Below are positions 61,741 through 64,000 of a DNA stretch of 64,000 nucleotides, piece after piece; the first letter of the stretch is position 1; each line of letters begins with the position of its first letter. Position numbers and translations under genes: made by a program. Below the pieces are notes generated by a model. The model made no database searches and was not told where the DNA came from. It saw only the letters and a list, made by a program, of their open reading frames with translations. This DNA comes from Tubiluchus corallicola (Eukaryota; Animalia; Priapulida): contig JAQGDQ010000046.1 of NCBI GenBank assembly GCA_030141605.1, forward strand, positions 248,001 to 312,000, in the 5' to 3' direction.

Positions 61741-63164
61741 CTGAAATGTAATGAAATGTGAAGTTGCAGATCAGTCAGCAACCTGCCACTGTGTTGTTGA
61801 CGTCACTATTGCAAAAGCATTATATAATAAGATAAAATTTATTCTGCCTTCGGGTAATCTTACATCACTAATGTTATCTGGCTCAACATAAAAATATATA
61901 CTACTATAAACTTACAAAGCAACTACAACATGTGCACTTGAACAAACATGCTGATAAAATGAATGAAGCAGTCACCTATCCCTTGTGCATAAGGTACATC
62001 ATTACATTACTACAGGGTAGACTTACATTTAAAAAAATTAAATGGGCAGCAAATCCAAGCCTAAAATTAAATGACACACTATAGAGACCAGGAAACTGAC
62101 TGTCACTTGAAATTAAGATTAAAGTGTCTTATTACACATGGGATAAAAGGACTCACAAAATCTATTAGTTTTACAAATAAGACTTTACACCTACCAGATT
62201 TCAGTTTCTCAAAGTTTGATGCAACAGAGTTGGAGAGGTCACTTATTTTCCAGTTTAAATACCTGAGTGCCACAGACCTTATAGGCAATACTAGTAATTA
62301 TTTTATTTAAAAGATACATGACAGGACAATTTGTACTCTAATGGACAGTTCACAATTTTTTTCTGCTGCTGTCCAGATGAATGCAATGATATAATGCTAA
62401 CAAAGTCAACTCTCAAATATTGCTACAGTATTGTATAGCCTCATCCTTGCCATGCATTTTCAAGTATTCATCTGGGGACAATTCATATAGGGACCATTAC
62501 TGGGATACTACATAACATGATGATTGAGAAAAAACAAAAAGTATTTGTCTTGCAATTTAATTCCCATAAATTGTTATTTTACCAGTATTCCTACTAGCCT
62601 ATTGTGCAAATTTAAGAATCAATCATGGTTTAATGAATGCATGCACAAAAACGATGCAATGCACCTGCCAAGTACTTAAGGTTTCACAAAGTTAGTTAGA
62701 CAATACCTTAGTCACAGAAAAGGGAAAGCCTTTATATAATAAATGAAACTTTAAACAAGTGCAAAAACTCCATTGACATTTTGCAACATGTCTAATTAAT
62801 TAATAATTATGATGATGTTGATATAAGTATATAATACATGTAAAACTCACTAATAAATAATTTGTTTCTTTTCACAAACCAAGCCATTAGCTATGTAGGT
62901 ACAAGCTTTTTAGTGCAAGGGAAAATAAAGTATTTCATAAATTCAAGTAAACTTATATTTTATACCTATTACCTAAGCTATAACCATCTGTACTTGCTAT
63001 CATTTGATTTTGCTGATACTGATTTATTGAAATGACGTGTTCGCTTTCACCAAACACGTATATTATAGAACAATTAAGCACTTTGAACAAGTATAAATAT
63101 TAATGAAAATTATAATCATTAACTAGATGATAGTAGTAGTAGTAGTAATAGCATATAGCCTCAT

Positions 63165-64000
63165 GTTAGTTCTAGTTGGAGTCATGTTACAAATGGAGTC
63201 CACAAGGATCTATATTAAGACCTATTTTGTTTTTGCTATTCGTAAACGATCTACCAGATTCAATCACTTCAGATGTTAATTTCTTTGCTGATGATACTAA
63301 AGTGTACCGTAAAGTGCTTTCTAAAGTTGATTCACTCTGCCTTCAGTAAGATTTATTCCAGTTAGGGACTTGGTCTGATAAATAGCTGTTGCAGTTTAAT
63401 GCTGACAAATGTGTAGTGCCACATCTCAAAGCACATATTCCAACACAGTATCAACTGAATGATAAAAAGTTAATATATGTCTCAAAACATAATGGACTTG
63501 GTGTGATCATTCTGATGACCTTAAACCTTCTGCCCATATAACTATAAATATTGAGAAGGCAAACAGAATGATTGGTTTGATTAAACCCTATTTTGTTAAT
63601 TATGAGCCGAAACAAGTATTAACTCTATATAAGGTATATGTACCACCCTCAAGTATTCAAATGTAGTTTGGTCTCCCTCATTACAATCTGACATCAAGAG
63701 ACTGCAGAAAGTCCAAATCCAAGACAGAGTGTAATAATGTCAGAATTGTGAAACTGAACTTTCCAGTCAATGTTTTCAAAAAAATTTAGTAACAAAGTTA
63801 ATTTAGAACGATTAAAGTCATGCCAGGGTCTAGTTACAAGTTGTTGGTAATTGTACTCAACATCAAAACAAATGCTAGTGTCATGATCACTGGCTGAAAT
63901 CCATGCCAAGGAAAGCAATTTGTAATGTGTTCAGGACAATTAGTTAAGACTAATTCTAGGCAACTGTTTCTGCGAGTAGGAAAATGAACTAACTGAGAAA
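63165..64000 (+). mobile_element. Decayed 5'-truncated CR1-group LINE (reverse transcriptase remnant)
   Basis: Reads VTNGV-QGSIL-PILFLLFVNDLPDSI...FFADDTKVY...LQ*DL...W...LLQFNADKC...KANRMIGLIK with stops and frameshifts. Confidence 0.88.

Noticed and set aside
1-64000. Nested tRNA, snoRNA or protein-coding genes, and U12-type introns
   Set aside because: None recognised by eye, and no GTATCCTT donors at exon ends. An Infernal/Rfam scan is needed to exclude snoRNAs.

Overview
AT-rich animal (invertebrate-like) genomic DNA. Nearly the whole window is one giant minus-strand gene, the bridge-like lipid transfer protein BLTP1 (KIAA1109/tweek/lpd-3 family). I traced 59 candidate coding exons by hand from the ATG at 61110 down to position 81. 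All splice phases are compatible and the total is 11,867 nt (~3,955 codons). The C-terminus lies beyond the left edge. One intron is GC-AG, exon 34 looks like a cassette exon, and there is a speculative pair of 8-nt and 7-nt microexons. Large introns hold decayed DNA transposons: Tigger/pogo elements and a deletion derivative, a three-layer nest, Kolobok-like, Academ-like and Harbinger-like non-autonomous elements, and a Tc2/pogo MITE. A decayed CR1-type LINE lies upstream of the gene. I found no RNA genes, no CRISPR array and no clearly new biological system. The best leads are splicing features, an FFAT-like motif and the transposon architecture.
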